Shown: positions 23,827-33,740 of the stretch, piece by piece | How positions within the stretch are numbered: position 1 is the stretch's first letter | How the letters are laid out: every line of letters starts with the position of its first letter | IMG/VR virus record: IMGVR_UViG_3300050160_000020 | Span: 1-38,416 of that record | DNA: 38,416 nucleotides | Strand: one strand, 5' to 3' | Source of the DNA: a virus | Taxonomy: Duplodnaviria; Caudoviricetes | The notes under the pieces: model-generated | Databases searched by the model: none | Seen by the model: the letters and a program-made list of their open reading frames with translations, nothing else | What the model was told of the DNA's origin: nothing | Translations under genes and position numbers: made by a program

Positions 23827-24819
23827 TTAATCAGCCAAAACGCCTTGGAACTGAGCGCCGGAGCAGGTCAAGTTACCAGCCCAGCCCATCAATCGGACGA
23901 TGGCGTCTTGGTTAACAGATTGACGGTCGCCGCCAATTGGCACGAAGTTGCGGTCGCGGTGTGGGCGCAAGAACAAGAACTTCGAGTTAATGAAGTACAT
24001 GCGGTTAGTGGGGATAGAGCCACCAATACCGCCGTCCAAGTAAACGTCGCAGTTCAAGCCAGCGCCCATGTACTTGATGGAGGTGAAGCCAGCAGCGGCA
24101 GAGGACTCGGAAGTCACGCGCTGGATAGCTTGCAAGCTCTCAAGGAACAAGCGGTAGTAGTTGTTATCGGCCACGATCATGTCGGGACGATCAGTACCAC
24201 GCACCAACTGCACAGCCACACGGTTCATGTAAGACTGGATGTTGGCAGAGGTAGCAGCAGCGCCGCCATCAGTAGTCGCGTCAAACGCCACGTTACGCCA
24301 AAAGCTCCATGTAGCACGGTTAATGCCGCCATAGGTGCCAGAGGTAGGCGAAGTGGAGATAGCAGCAGCCAAGCCGGTGATGTCTTTACCAGAGTTGCCA
24401 GTACCGTCAGAATACACGCCAGCGCTGATCTGGTTCATCAACTGAGCTTCGGCAACTTGCACACGGCCTTCAAGCATATCGATGATCTGCTCTTTGCCAG
24501 CGTTTTGGAGTTGCTCCAAGCCAGAGATAGACACAGCAGCAGCGTACTGCTTCAGGTCGAACTGAGCCGCAGAAATTGGGCTGTTCGGGGTGATGTCGAT
24601 TGTGTCGTAACCGCTATACGAAGATGCGTTCAGGGTGGAGGCATCGTTGTACATCAGTTCCTGCAAAATCACGTTACCACCGGAGAACGGCTTGACGTTG
24701 CCGCGCTCTTTCAGTTTCGCCAACAGTGCGTTGTTACGGGTTACGGAGTCCGCAAGGGTTCCGCTACGAGATTGGATAGTTGTCGAGATAATGTCCGACA
24801 AGTTAGCAAAAGTTGCCAT
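23827..24819 (-). CDS. Major capsid protein
   Basis: 330 aa; LAD.V...NALL, SYSGYD, YSDGTG..GK.I.GL, GGI.RAT..FWRN, W.GNLT.S; follows the scaffold gene. Confidence 0.9.
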   Translation of the reverse strand: MATFANLSDIISTTIQSRSGTLADSVTRNNALLAKLKERGNVKPFSGGNVILQELMYNDASTLNASSYSGYDTIDITPNSPISAAQFDLKQYAAAVSISGLEQLQNAGKEQIIDMLEGRVQVAEAQLMNQISAGVYSDGTGNSGKDITGLAAAISTSPTSGTYGGINRATWSFWRNVAFDATTDGGAAATSANIQSYMNRVAVQLVRGTDRPDMIVADNNYYRLFLESLQAIQRVTSESSAAAGFTSIKYMGAGLNCDVYLDGGIGGSIPTNRMYFINSKFLFLRPHRDRNFVPIGGDRQSVNQDAIVRLMGWAGNLTCSGAQFQGVLAD

Positions 24820-24842
24820 GGTTCAGGTTCCTTTAAATTGAA

Positions 24843-25841
24843 TTAGCCAAATTGACTCGCAATCAAAGATCGCAAATCGCTTCCATTGGTCTGTACGCCG
24901 CCAGCGCTAGGACTAGAACCTTTTACCGATACCGCCGCAGTTTTTGCGCGTAGGGCTTGGGCTTCTGACATAGCCTTTTTCTGAGCTTCTGACCGTTGCT
25001 GTTCAATCAGGGATTGCCTGATGTCTGGATTCATCCAAACAGCCTTCTCGTATGCATCTTGCAGTGATGTGGCCTTACCAGTCTCTAGTAAGTCTGCCAT
25101 ATCATTGCGCACAGCATCGAAGTGTGCGTTCCCAGCTCCTGCAAACTGCTCTAACTCTTGATTAGCGCGGGTTTGCTCTTGCTGTTGAATTGAATTATGC
25201 CACTGTGCCTGAGTTTGACGCAATTCATTTAATTGCTGCATCAAATACTGGGTTTGTGGGTCATATTGCGGTGGATTCTGGATTTGCTCCAGATTAACCC
25301 CGTACTGTTGCGCGAGTTGCTGGAAATACTGCGCTTTAGTGGCGGGGTCAGAATATCGCAGAGTATGGTCGGCTTTTAACAGCGCCCCGATAGCTGTAGG
25401 CGCGTCCACTCCGAGGCTTTGGAGTGTTTGCTGATAAGGGGCAATCACTGCCTCATATGCTCGGGCCTTCTGCGCGTGGGTCTTAAATTCTTCAACTCCA
25501 CGGTGAAAGTCAGATTCTCGCCGGTCTGCCTCGTGAGTCAGAATCCGCGCTTCTTCGGGCGTCAGCGCTTCGCCTCGCCCTGCCTTCAAATAGGCTTCTT
25601 GTGCGGCAGGCTTCCAGCTTGAAGGGGCCTTGATTGGCTTTGGCTCTTCCTTTGGAATCTCGGGTGCGGTTTCCTTTGCCGCGAATCGCCCAGCCTCATC
25701 CCTAGCACGTTGCTCGGCTGTTATCTCTAGGGGTTTATCCTGAGTGACGGGTTCAGGCGTATTGACTACAGTTTCAGTCTGGGGAGCTTCATCCGTTTTA
25801 TCTTCAAAAGCGGATTCAAGGGCACTGCGTAGGTCTGACAT
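24843..25841 (-). CDS. Capsid scaffolding protein
   Basis: Acidic/Pro-rich N-terminus, RDEAGRF, APSSW, Gln-rich coil, L.DAYEKA.W.NP. Confidence 0.8.
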   Translation of the reverse strand: MSDLRSALESAFEDKTDEAPQTETVVNTPEPVTQDKPLEITAEQRARDEAGRFAAKETAPEIPKEEPKPIKAPSSWKPAAQEAYLKAGRGEALTPEEARILTHEADRRESDFHRGVEEFKTHAQKARAYEAVIAPYQQTLQSLGVDAPTAIGALLKADHTLRYSDPATKAQYFQQLAQQYGVNLEQIQNPPQYDPQTQYLMQQLNELRQTQAQWHNSIQQQEQTRANQELEQFAGAGNAHFDAVRNDMADLLETGKATSLQDAYEKAVWMNPDIRQSLIEQQRSEAQKKAMSEAQALRAKTAAVSVKGSSPSAGGVQTNGSDLRSLIASQFG

Positions 25842-25868
25842 AAGAGGTTTTCTCTTTCCTTTGGTTGA

Positions 25869-26183
25869 TTAACCTAGAACCGAATTAACGGCATTAATGA
25901 TGTCTCGTTTGATAGTCGGGTCTTTCTTTGGCTCGGGAGGCTTGAGTTTTTCATTGCCAAGCTCTATTAGCCCGTTTTTCCTCAAGTGCTCACGATGCGC
26001 CGAGCGTGAACTAATCCATTCGCCCGTTGCCTGAGATTGATACCCGCCAATATCGGGAATGACGTAATTAACCCTTGGGGGGCGTGCGTGCATTTCTTGC
26101 TTGAGTTGCCACTGCCTTTCGCCTTCCTCGCCGGATAGGTTCCAAAGCTCAAGCCATTTTTCTTTATCGGTCTTTTCGGTCAT
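25869..26183 (-). CDS. Hypothetical protein
   Basis: PDI.GYQS..TGEWISSRS.HREHL..NG.IE.GNE. Confidence 0.7.
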   Translation of the reverse strand: MTEKTDKEKWLELWNLSGEEGERQWQLKQEMHARPPRVNYVIPDIGGYQSQATGEWISSRSAHREHLRKNGLIELGNEKLKPPEPKKDPTIKRDIINAVNSVLG

Positions 26184-27643
26184 AGCAGCATTAAGATTTC
26201 AATATCATCCTCATCGTCTGCGATTCTGCGCAATTCTAAAGCAATGAGTATCTGTTTAGCTACATATAGCTGTAGCTCTGCGTTTTGCGCTATTTGTGTG
26301 TAGTCAATCTGAGGATATTCGCGCTGAACTGCCTCTTTTACTTCCTCTAGCGCTATCTCTGGCTGCTCTTGCACCAGTTCAATGACTTCCTCTAGCTTTG
26401 GCTTCTTTTTGTGGAGCTTTTCCCACTGCTTATGCCAATACCCATCATGGGTATCCTGCATCAACTGCCCGATCATTGCCGAGCCATTGATTACAGAGCC
26501 AGAGCCTACCAATGCGCCTGATGTGGCGTGAGCAACCGGAGTGCCAGCACGTGCAGCAGTTCCTGCGATTGCCGAGCCTTGGCCTGCCAATACGCCGCTT
26601 GTCGCATGAGGTACGTTGTGAACCGCAGTTCCAACAATGACGGAGCCTTGGCCTGTCAGTACACCCGAAGATGTGAACGCGCGGAATCGTGCTGATGTGC
26701 CGGATAGGGTAGACCCTTGCCCAGTCAGTGCGCCGGATGTGTCGTGCGTTGTGAAGCCTGCGCCCCGTGCTGCACTACCCGCAATGGTTGACCCTTGGCC
26801 TACCAGTGCGCCACTAGACGACATGGCACGGAAGCGCGTAGCCGTTCCAGCAATAGAACCAATCTGGCCTGTCAGTGCACCTGTAGTGCCGTGAACCGCA
26901 ATGTGCGCCGCTGTACCTGCTACGGTAGAGCCTTGACCCGTTAGCGCTCCCGATGTCGTGTGTGTGGTTGAGCTACTTGCGGCAGGCTTAATCGAAACCA
27001 TCCACATCGAGGCAGATGCAGATGATGTGGTTCGAGAATAGGATGGTTGATAAGAGCCCGCAGTCGTTGTCGTTAAAGCTGCTACAGACCCGCCGATGTT
27101 TGAGGGGTCAAGCTGCGATGCCAGCTCTGTGAAGCTATTGCCCCACACTTCAGCGCTCGGGCTTACGTCACCAGCCGCAAAAGCAAGCAGCAACTCATTG
27201 GCCGCCGTTGTTGTTACCGTTGGACTGGTCAGCGGGTTCGCTGTTGAACCCACCACCGAGTAGTCGTTGACATCAACAGAGGACGCCGTTAAACCGCCTT
27301 TGACCTCAACAAAGAATGTTTTTGGGTCGTAGAAAGTGACACCGATAGATGCCGTGTGACCCGCACCACCGACACCGTTTTCGCAGATGAATGCTCGCGC
27401 CTGCGTGTTGTAAGTGACCGTCCAAGACTGCGCAGCACCTAAAGGAACATAGGTGTTTCCGTAGTTATCGGTGACGCTCGTTGGGTCATTGCCTACCACC
27501 ACCGCAAAAACGATGAAGGTCGAGCCTGTGGCTTGAGTGGTAACGCCCGGAGTCGTGCTACCGTTAACGCTGGAAACAGCGCCTACCGTGGGAGCGGAAC
27601 CGCCACCACCGGAAGGTTGATTAAATAGAAGTAACAGCGACAT
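26180..27643 (-). CDS. Fibre-like virion protein with seven 23-26-aa repeats
   Basis: Repeats of consensus H.TSG.L.GQGS.I.G.A; acidic-hydrophobic C-terminus DDEDDIEILMLL. Confidence 0.7.
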   Translation of the reverse strand: MSLLLLFNQPSGGGGSAPTVGAVSSVNGSTTPGVTTQATGSTFIVFAVVVGNDPTSVTDNYGNTYVPLGAAQSWTVTYNTQARAFICENGVGGAGHTASIGVTFYDPKTFFVEVKGGLTASSVDVNDYSVVGSTANPLTSPTVTTTAANELLLAFAAGDVSPSAEVWGNSFTELASQLDPSNIGGSVAALTTTTAGSYQPSYSRTTSSASASMWMVSIKPAASSSTTHTTSGALTGQGSTVAGTAAHIAVHGTTGALTGQIGSIAGTATRFRAMSSSGALVGQGSTIAGSAARGAGFTTHDTSGALTGQGSTLSGTSARFRAFTSSGVLTGQGSVIVGTAVHNVPHATSGVLAGQGSAIAGTAARAGTPVAHATSGALVGSGSVINGSAMIGQLMQDTHDGYWHKQWEKLHKKKPKLEEVIELVQEQPEIALEEVKEAVQREYPQIDYTQIAQNAELQLYVAKQILIALELRRIADDEDDIEILMLL

Positions 27644-27669
27644 TCATTTTTCTTTCAGTCGCGTGTGTG

Positions 27670-29133
27670 TTAGTTCGGCAAATAGATGTACTGCACGTTA
27701 GTTAAGGTGAAGCTCGGAGTAGTACCTCCAATCGTCCAGACGATGCGCCATGTGCGTGGAATGACCATGCTCGCTGTAGCAGTTGTGCCGGTAGTGGCTA
27801 CACCCGCAGTCACCGCAATGCCGGGGTAGATGGTGATTCCATACAAACCCGTGGCTGTAAGCGAAGCCGTAGTAGCGCCGGGGATGTCGTACCAGCTTGT
27901 GCCTGCATCGGTTGACCCTTGCACCTTGATAACGGCTGTCGGAGTGGTGCCCGATACCGCACCCATGTTCACCAGAATCTGCACACCCTTGTTGCCGATA
28001 TTGGTGATGGTTGCGCCGTTTCCTGTGGCAGTCTTTGCGCCTGTATCACCAGTGGTCAGGGCTGTGGACATACCGCGCTGTCTGTCCCACGAAGTACCGT
28101 TGAACGTCAGAGCAGCCGCACCAATCTGCGTGACTGTCGGGTTAGCCAAGGCGTCGGCAGAAGCCGCCGCAGTTGGGTAGCCTGTTACTGTCGCAGTGGT
28201 CTGCAAGTTTGCAGCGGTTGGGTTGCCCACCAATGTCGCCGTGGGCGTCCAAGGCTCTGTGCTGATACGGCTGAATGCCTGAATAGAGCCGCCTGTAATG
28301 GTCGTTGCAATCCGCAAGCGAACAAAGTTACAGCGAATGGCAAAGGTATAGACAATCTGCGACGCCGTGGCAGTAATGGCCGCAGTGATAGGAACACCCG
28401 TCACCAATGCAGCGTTAAACACCGGCAAGGCAATCCAGTTCACGTTATCGTTTGACTGCTCAAAGATAAACGTACCCGCTGTGCCAGTAGATACCACCTG
28501 AACCGATGCCGCACGGTAGCCCGACACGTTCAATCCAGCAGTGCCCGATGTGGGTTGCAGGATGTTGTTAACGGTAGCAGTCTGTGCCGCTGCACCACGC
28601 AATACCAGAGGCAATTCAGTTACCGGCTGTGCGCCTGAGCTGTCGGCATCGCCCAAATCGCCATAGGCTGTATTCAGGTTAAATGTGGTAGTAGTTGACG
28701 CGCCCGTATTGGTCGCCGTTACCTGCACATAGTTGCCATTCAGCGGGAAAGAACGAGCGAAGCCTAAGTTGGCATCAACGTAAAACACCACATCAGGGAC
28801 TGCGCGAGTACCTGCCAAGTCAATGTACTGCTTGACGGTCAGCGTGATTGGCTGATCGCTTGTAAGCAATAGCGAGATGCTCGGCTGGTCTAGCGCGGTT
28901 TCGATGACACCTGTAAACGTGGCAGCGGCTGCAAGCTGTGCAGTGCTGGTGTTGTTGGTGGAGAATCGGAAGATGCTCGCGTTTTTGCTTGTGGGCAGTG
29001 GGTTTGTGGCGTCCACATCCACGGCAGATCCATCCGACCCCCACGAGGGTTTAACTCGTTGGTATTGAATGCCGCCGATGTCGTCAGTGGCTACCGCAGA
29101 GCCAGTGCCGGGTAGGGTTACGTTATCGGCCAT
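27670..29133 (-). CDS. Beta-rich virion appendage protein
   Basis: MADNV.....A.DDIGG..YQRVK...G.DG N-terminus; Thr/Ala-rich multi-domain protein. Confidence 0.7.
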   Translation of the reverse strand: MADNVTLPGTGSAVATDDIGGIQYQRVKPSWGSDGSAVDVDATNPLPTSKNASIFRFSTNNTSTAQLAAAATFTGVIETALDQPSISLLLTSDQPITLTVKQYIDLAGTRAVPDVVFYVDANLGFARSFPLNGNYVQVTATNTGASTTTTFNLNTAYGDLGDADSSGAQPVTELPLVLRGAAAQTATVNNILQPTSGTAGLNVSGYRAASVQVVSTGTAGTFIFEQSNDNVNWIALPVFNAALVTGVPITAAITATASQIVYTFAIRCNFVRLRIATTITGGSIQAFSRISTEPWTPTATLVGNPTAANLQTTATVTGYPTAAASADALANPTVTQIGAAALTFNGTSWDRQRGMSTALTTGDTGAKTATGNGATITNIGNKGVQILVNMGAVSGTTPTAVIKVQGSTDAGTSWYDIPGATTASLTATGLYGITIYPGIAVTAGVATTGTTATASMVIPRTWRIVWTIGGTTPSFTLTNVQYIYLPN

Positions 29134-29134
29134 G

Positions 29135-29524
29135 TTATGCGCTCAGTGCGGTGTAGGTCAGAGAGGAGCATGACACGGTATCTCCTGCGGCAACAGTTAG
29201 TCCGTTAGTCATCACGATGTCAGAAGCCGAAGCCGCCACAGCACAGTGAACACAAACCGTACCGCCCGAAGTTTGCAGTGTTGCCGTGGCTACCGGAGAA
29301 GCGTTGCCGGTTGCATTGGTGTCGCTGGTGATGGCGTTAGCTGTTGCCGTGCCTGCCGATGCAGCACCGAATGGGGTTGCACTCATTACCAGAGTGGCCA
29401 CAGCCGTGCCCGGAGAGCTTACCGTGCCAGTCAAGCGAAAAACCAGCCGAGGCGATGCGCCTAGCTGTCCAGTCACGTAATCGGTTGCGCCGTTGCGAAT
29501 TGCGGTTGTGTGAGTTACTGCCAT
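29135..29524 (-). CDS. Small virion structural protein
   Basis: RN, FGAAS.G.ATANAI.SDT.A motif; Ala/Thr rich. Confidence 0.7.
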   Translation of the reverse strand: MAVTHTTAIRNGATDYVTGQLGASPRLVFRLTGTVSSPGTAVATLVMSATPFGAASAGTATANAITSDTNATGNASPVATATLQTSGGTVCVHCAVAASASDIVMTNGLTVAAGDTVSCSSLTYTALSA

Positions 29525-29526
29525 GA

Positions 29527-29685
29527 TTATTCCCCTTTGACTTCGGTTTGTGCTTGAAAGAATGCGTCTCGCTGCTTTTCATCAACGAAGCCGACTAGCT
29601 CTACAGTTTCAGTCTCTCCGGTAGCTGCTCGCTTGATTTCAATCGTCATTTTGACCTCGCCCACTGCGCCAATTAAATCAGCCAT
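29527..29685 (-). CDS. Small protein (52 aa)
   Basis: GAGG RBS; MADLIGAVGEVKMTIEIKRAATGETETVELVG; fills the gap after the portal gene. Confidence 0.65.
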   Translation of the reverse strand: MADLIGAVGEVKMTIEIKRAATGETETVELVGFVDEKQRDAFFQAQTEVKGE

Positions 29686-29687
29686 GA

Positions 29688-31880
29688 TTAGTCCTCGCTC
29701 ACTTCAATAACACCAATAGCGCGTCCATCAGGCCCACGCTCTACCATCCTGCGTTTAGGACGGTTCATTTGCTGCACAGCGTCTGCCAGCATGGTCACTG
29801 CCTGAGTGATAGCCTGCGATTGTGCGTCAACTCCTGCCACGGCTTGAGAGGCCATCGCCTTGACTTCCTCACCCACTGCGCCGAGTTCTTCCTTGCCATC
29901 AATGGATATTTGTGCGGTTGGCTTCTCTGCGGCTTGCGCGTTCATTGCGGCAATCTGTAGCTTTGTCTCGCTGTCAAGCTGTGCGCGGTACATTGCGCGC
30001 TCTGTCTCGGCTTGCTGCTTGATCTGCTCCAGCTCAATAGCGTGCTGCATCTTCGCGACTTCGATTGCTTGCGCGTTCTGGGCTTTGAATTGCTCAGTCT
30101 GGGCCATTGCGGACTGTTTAGCCTGCTCTAGTTGCATAGCGGCCTGAGCCTTGATTTGCTCGGGGTCTGGTGGAGTCGGTGCAGGGGGCTTAGGCTCATT
30201 CATCTTTTGAATGGTGTTTTCCAGCACGTTCTCCAACTGACGCCCACCCTTGAAGGTGCGGACTACGAATTGCAAGACTTCACCCACCAAAGCGCCCATT
30301 TCAGGTGCAGCTTGCACCATTGGCACTGCGTCTCTCAAGACTGCGCCGAATGCTTGCATAAACTCCGTGCGGCTCTGCTTTTCGCCAATCTCATCCATTT
30401 CCACCAGAGAGTCAGCGGCAACTTCGATGCGGAATGAACGTGCGGGTTCCTGTTTAATCAGTGCGATTGCTTGCTCGGCATATTGCGCGTCATCCGTTCC
30501 CAGAATGCCAGACATTTGAATCAGGCTATCAGGGCTGTACAGGTCACACATCATCTGAGCTTTGATGCGTAGCAACTCAGAGCAGAATTGAGCCACTTCG
30601 GTCTGCATACGCTTCAAGCGGAGCGAGGCATATTGGCTTTTAATCTGCTGGGCTGTAGCAGTCTCGGAGGCCATAGACGCGCCTCGGATGATGTCTGACA
30701 GGCCGGTGACTTCGTACACCACCTGTTTGGCCTGCTCTCGGGCTGTGTAGCAGTGGGTTAAAGCCATGACTACTTGGTCAAGAGGCAGGAAGTCTACCGT
30801 TCCTTTTAGCCCACCCTTCTCGCCAAATGCCGCCCACGAATCCACGCCGATGAGAGTATTGTTCACGCCCTCATTCAGCATGCGCGCAATAGCTGGCTGG
30901 CTTGCGTCGAACACGCCTACAACCTTCAGCGCCTCAGTGAGCATACCGATTCGCTGCGTCAGCATGTCGATTTCTTCGGCTTGGTCTTGGTATAGCGCGT
31001 AATCAGGTACGGGAACTAGGGTATCTGTCGTCTGGGTAGCGAAAAGAGGTTTAGGGCAGGGCCAGAAGTTGTCTAGCCCGTAGGGGTCTTCCTTGCTATC
31101 CAATAGCTTGTTGTGCCCCTCGGCAACCCAGTAGACTCGCTTGTCGTTCTTACTCCAGATTTCCCAGACAATGGCCTTTTTCAGGCTCTCTTGCTCGGCT
31201 TGGCTTGCGCCTGTTTTGCTCAGGTCATCGAGGCCGATAGGCTCATGGGCAAGTGGTACTTCTTTAAAGTCCTCGCCAAAGCGCTTTACACCGTCTGCAC
31301 GGCTCATGTAAATACGACGGGCTACCCATACCACCTCATCCCATGTCCGAGCGGGAGAGCAGCGAAAATCTTTCCAGAAAACGTAGTCAGTGGGAGTGCA
31401 TTCATAGGTCATGTCGGGCTGCTCGCCCAGCACATCCTCGACTGGCTGCTCGATTACCTCTGCTTCCGCCACTTCCTTCGTTTCAAATCGAACCCACGCT
31501 GTTCCGCGTCCCGGCAGTAGCCGATCAAGTACCGCATGTTTATTCGTGTTATCGAAGTCACCATAGTGGTCGATCTCGTATTGAAGTGCGCGTTCAAGAA
31601 TGACCGAAGCTGTGCGGCCTACGGGGTCTTTGTCTTTCCAACGGCGTTCTACTTGTGCGCGTGGTGTACGGCCATACAAGGCGGGGAGCATTGTCTGGAT
31701 GTTTGCCCAAAGGATGTTATAGCGCTTTCCGGAATCGCTCCAGCCTTGGCGCTCATCACGATAGCGCTTGACGATTTTGTCACCACGCCTCTGCCACTTC
31801 TTATCCTCGTCGGCTGCGAGTTTCAGCTCTTGCGTCCAGCGGCGGTGTTCGTCTACTAGGTTGATTTCGTCTTCTGTCAT
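29688..31880 (-). CDS. Portal protein (long C-terminal coiled-coil barrel, P22-like)
   Basis: 730 aa; NILWANI....PALY, FWPCPKP, VPVPDY..YQDQ, TGLSDIIRG...SETATAQQIK. Confidence 0.9.
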   Translation of the reverse strand: MTEDEINLVDEHRRWTQELKLAADEDKKWQRRGDKIVKRYRDERQGWSDSGKRYNILWANIQTMLPALYGRTPRAQVERRWKDKDPVGRTASVILERALQYEIDHYGDFDNTNKHAVLDRLLPGRGTAWVRFETKEVAEAEVIEQPVEDVLGEQPDMTYECTPTDYVFWKDFRCSPARTWDEVVWVARRIYMSRADGVKRFGEDFKEVPLAHEPIGLDDLSKTGASQAEQESLKKAIVWEIWSKNDKRVYWVAEGHNKLLDSKEDPYGLDNFWPCPKPLFATQTTDTLVPVPDYALYQDQAEEIDMLTQRIGMLTEALKVVGVFDASQPAIARMLNEGVNNTLIGVDSWAAFGEKGGLKGTVDFLPLDQVVMALTHCYTAREQAKQVVYEVTGLSDIIRGASMASETATAQQIKSQYASLRLKRMQTEVAQFCSELLRIKAQMMCDLYSPDSLIQMSGILGTDDAQYAEQAIALIKQEPARSFRIEVAADSLVEMDEIGEKQSRTEFMQAFGAVLRDAVPMVQAAPEMGALVGEVLQFVVRTFKGGRQLENVLENTIQKMNEPKPPAPTPPDPEQIKAQAAMQLEQAKQSAMAQTEQFKAQNAQAIEVAKMQHAIELEQIKQQAETERAMYRAQLDSETKLQIAAMNAQAAEKPTAQISIDGKEELGAVGEEVKAMASQAVAGVDAQSQAITQAVTMLADAVQQMNRPKRRMVERGPDGRAIGVIEVSED

Positions 31881-32215
31881 GGGGTAATCGCGGCAGATAC
31901 CGCGCCATTAGCAGCAAAGGGAATGCCGTTTGCATAGGTTACAGCGGGGCCGGTAGAGATGCACAACCCACTAGCAGACAAAGGAAGGCCATCGGACCAT
32001 TGCACGTCTGCGGGTAAGCCTGCCGTGGCATCAAAGTAGCGCACCTGCCCTGCGTCTGTCAACAATAGGCCGTTGCAGTATTCATCACCACCAGTAACGA
32101 TAGCTCGGTTCAATCCTGCGGTGGATGTGAGAATTCCGTTTTGGAATGTGTCAGTCACTGCGGGTGCTGCTGTGCCTAACTGCACTTGACCATTGATGAC
32201 GGATAGAACGCTCAT
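31877..32215 (-). CDS. Hypothetical virion-associated protein with short NG(I/L) repeats
   Basis: FQNGIL / YCNGLL / WSDGLP / YANGIP. Confidence 0.65.
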   Translation of the reverse strand: MSVLSVINGQVQLGTAAPAVTDTFQNGILTSTAGLNRAIVTGGDEYCNGLLLTDAGQVRYFDATAGLPADVQWSDGLPLSASGLCISTGPAVTYANGIPFAANGAVSAAITP

Positions 32216-32388
32216 CGCTCACCCTTCATGAATGATTCAAGGCTTACGGGAGCTTGTCCGTTTTCCTGCTTGGCAAGCTGATACGCCCGATATTCAGGGG
32301 TAACGGCCAGTGTCTTTTGTGCCTGTCCAGCCATGCCGCCTAGCTCGGGATTGGATGTTCTCAGGGCTTGAATGATTGCTTGGAGCAT
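32212..32388 (-). CDS. Small protein (58 aa, MLQAIIQALR...)
   Basis: GAGG RBS; TAATG overlap with terL and ATGA overlap with the next gene. Confidence 0.65.
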   Translation of the reverse strand: MLQAIIQALRTSNPELGGMAGQAQKTLAVTPEYRAYQLAKQENGQAPVSLESFMKGER

Positions 32389-33740
32389 TAGAACCTCTCG
32401 CGCTTTGTAGGGGTTTCTGCCCAGAGTTTATCTAGGGTTTGGGTGATTATGCGCCCATTTACGCCTTTTATGGCAAATTCTGCGGGTTTTTCGGGTTCTT
32501 TTGCGACAACTTGCGACATTACTTGACACCCATAGGCAAATCCATCGCTCGGATGTGATGCCCAATTGTGGTTAGGCTCTCGGCTAAATACGCCTGATTC
32601 TTCGTTGTAGACGAACTCCCACGCCATTAGCCCGTCTATGCCTTCCTCGCACTTGGTCTTATGGAATGCGCACTTCTTGATTGTGGTTCGTGCGGCCTCG
32701 ATCTGGTCTGACTTGCGAGACTGCGGGACTATCGCTAGTTTGTCGTGCCCAAATGCCGCAATGAATCGCTCAATGGCCGTGTGCTTGCTTTGGAATGTTT
32801 TAGCCCGTGCGTCAGACGGTAGCCATATCTTCCCTAGGCAATTGCGACCACCAATATCAGAGAGCTTGTCTCTTAGCTCGGGTATCCAGTCATCGGCGTC
32901 CATTCCGTTGCCCTGCGTGTAGTCCACAAGGTTAAACCCGCCAGGCACTGATTGCCAGAACCACCATGCGGTTGTATCCCTGAAACCAAGGTCAGACGAT
33001 ATGACAATCTTCGCCCCGTCTGGGTCGTACTCTACGCCATCGTGGATTCGTCCCTCTCGTTCGGCTTGTCCCACCCACTTAGCCAGAATAGCGCCTTGGC
33101 TTGAGCCATACGCCCCATTCCATACATGCTCGGCTTTGTCCTCATCGGCTTCAAAGTCTGCCAGCATATCCGCGTAGAGTGGCGTGCCTTTAAACCATGG
33201 ATTGTCGTACCAGTTAATCATGATGCAGATAGCGTCCTCTCGCTTGTCTTTGCGAAAGAACTTGTCTACTGCGTCTGTCTTGTAACGTGGATTCCAGCTA
33301 AACCACAGTTCAGAGCCGGGCTTACGGATGGTAGGCCGTAACAGGTCTAGCGAGTGCTGGCTAAGGGTCTGGGCTTCCTCTACCCATGCAATATCAAAGC
33401 CTTCTAGAGACTTGATATTCGCAGCATTGAAAGACTGCAAGCCCTTGAAGATGATTAGGCTATCGTGCGGCCCTCGTATCTCTGATTCCAGAATGGTGAA
33501 CTGCGAATCTAGGCCCATGCCTATGATTTTGTCCACAATGAGCTGCTTAACAGATTCCTTGATGCTGATCTGCACCTCTCGCAGACATACGATGCGCTTA
33601 CCCGTTAGGGCTTGGCATACGATCTGCTCTGCGAAGAAATGCGACTTAGCCCCACCTCGCCCACCGTATGCGCCCTTGTAGCGCTTTGGCTGGAGTAATG
33701 GGGCTAGTTTTGCCGGTACTTTAAGTTTGAGGGTTGACAA
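32388..33740 (-). CDS. terL: Terminase large subunit (likely TTG start at 33740; ORF open to 33770)
   Basis: Walker A YGGRGGAKS, Walker B WVEEAQ, SWNP, RNase H-like SDLG.RD and SH.SD. Confidence 0.95.
   Translation of the reverse strand: MSTLKLKVPAKLAPLLQPKRYKGAYGGRGGAKSHFFAEQIVCQALTGKRIVCLREVQISIKESVKQLIVDKIIGMGLDSQFTILESEIRGPHDSLIIFKGLQSFNAANIKSLEGFDIAWVEEAQTLSQHSLDLLRPTIRKPGSELWFSWNPRYKTDAVDKFFRKDKREDAICIMINWYDNPWFKGTPLYADMLADFEADEDKAEHVWNGAYGSSQGAILAKWVGQAEREGRIHDGVEYDPDGAKIVISSDLGFRDTTAWWFWQSVPGGFNLVDYTQGNGMDADDWIPELRDKLSDIGGRNCLGKIWLPSDARAKTFQSKHTAIERFIAAFGHDKLAIVPQSRKSDQIEAARTTIKKCAFHKTKCEEGIDGLMAWEFVYNEESGVFSREPNHNWASHPSDGFAYGCQVMSQVVAKEPEKPAEFAIKGVNGRIITQTLDKLWAETPTKRERF

Noticed and set aside
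23845-24846. 333-aa antisense ORF over the major capsid gene
   Set aside because: Lies opposite a strongly codon-biased gene with no recognisable motifs; typical shadow ORF
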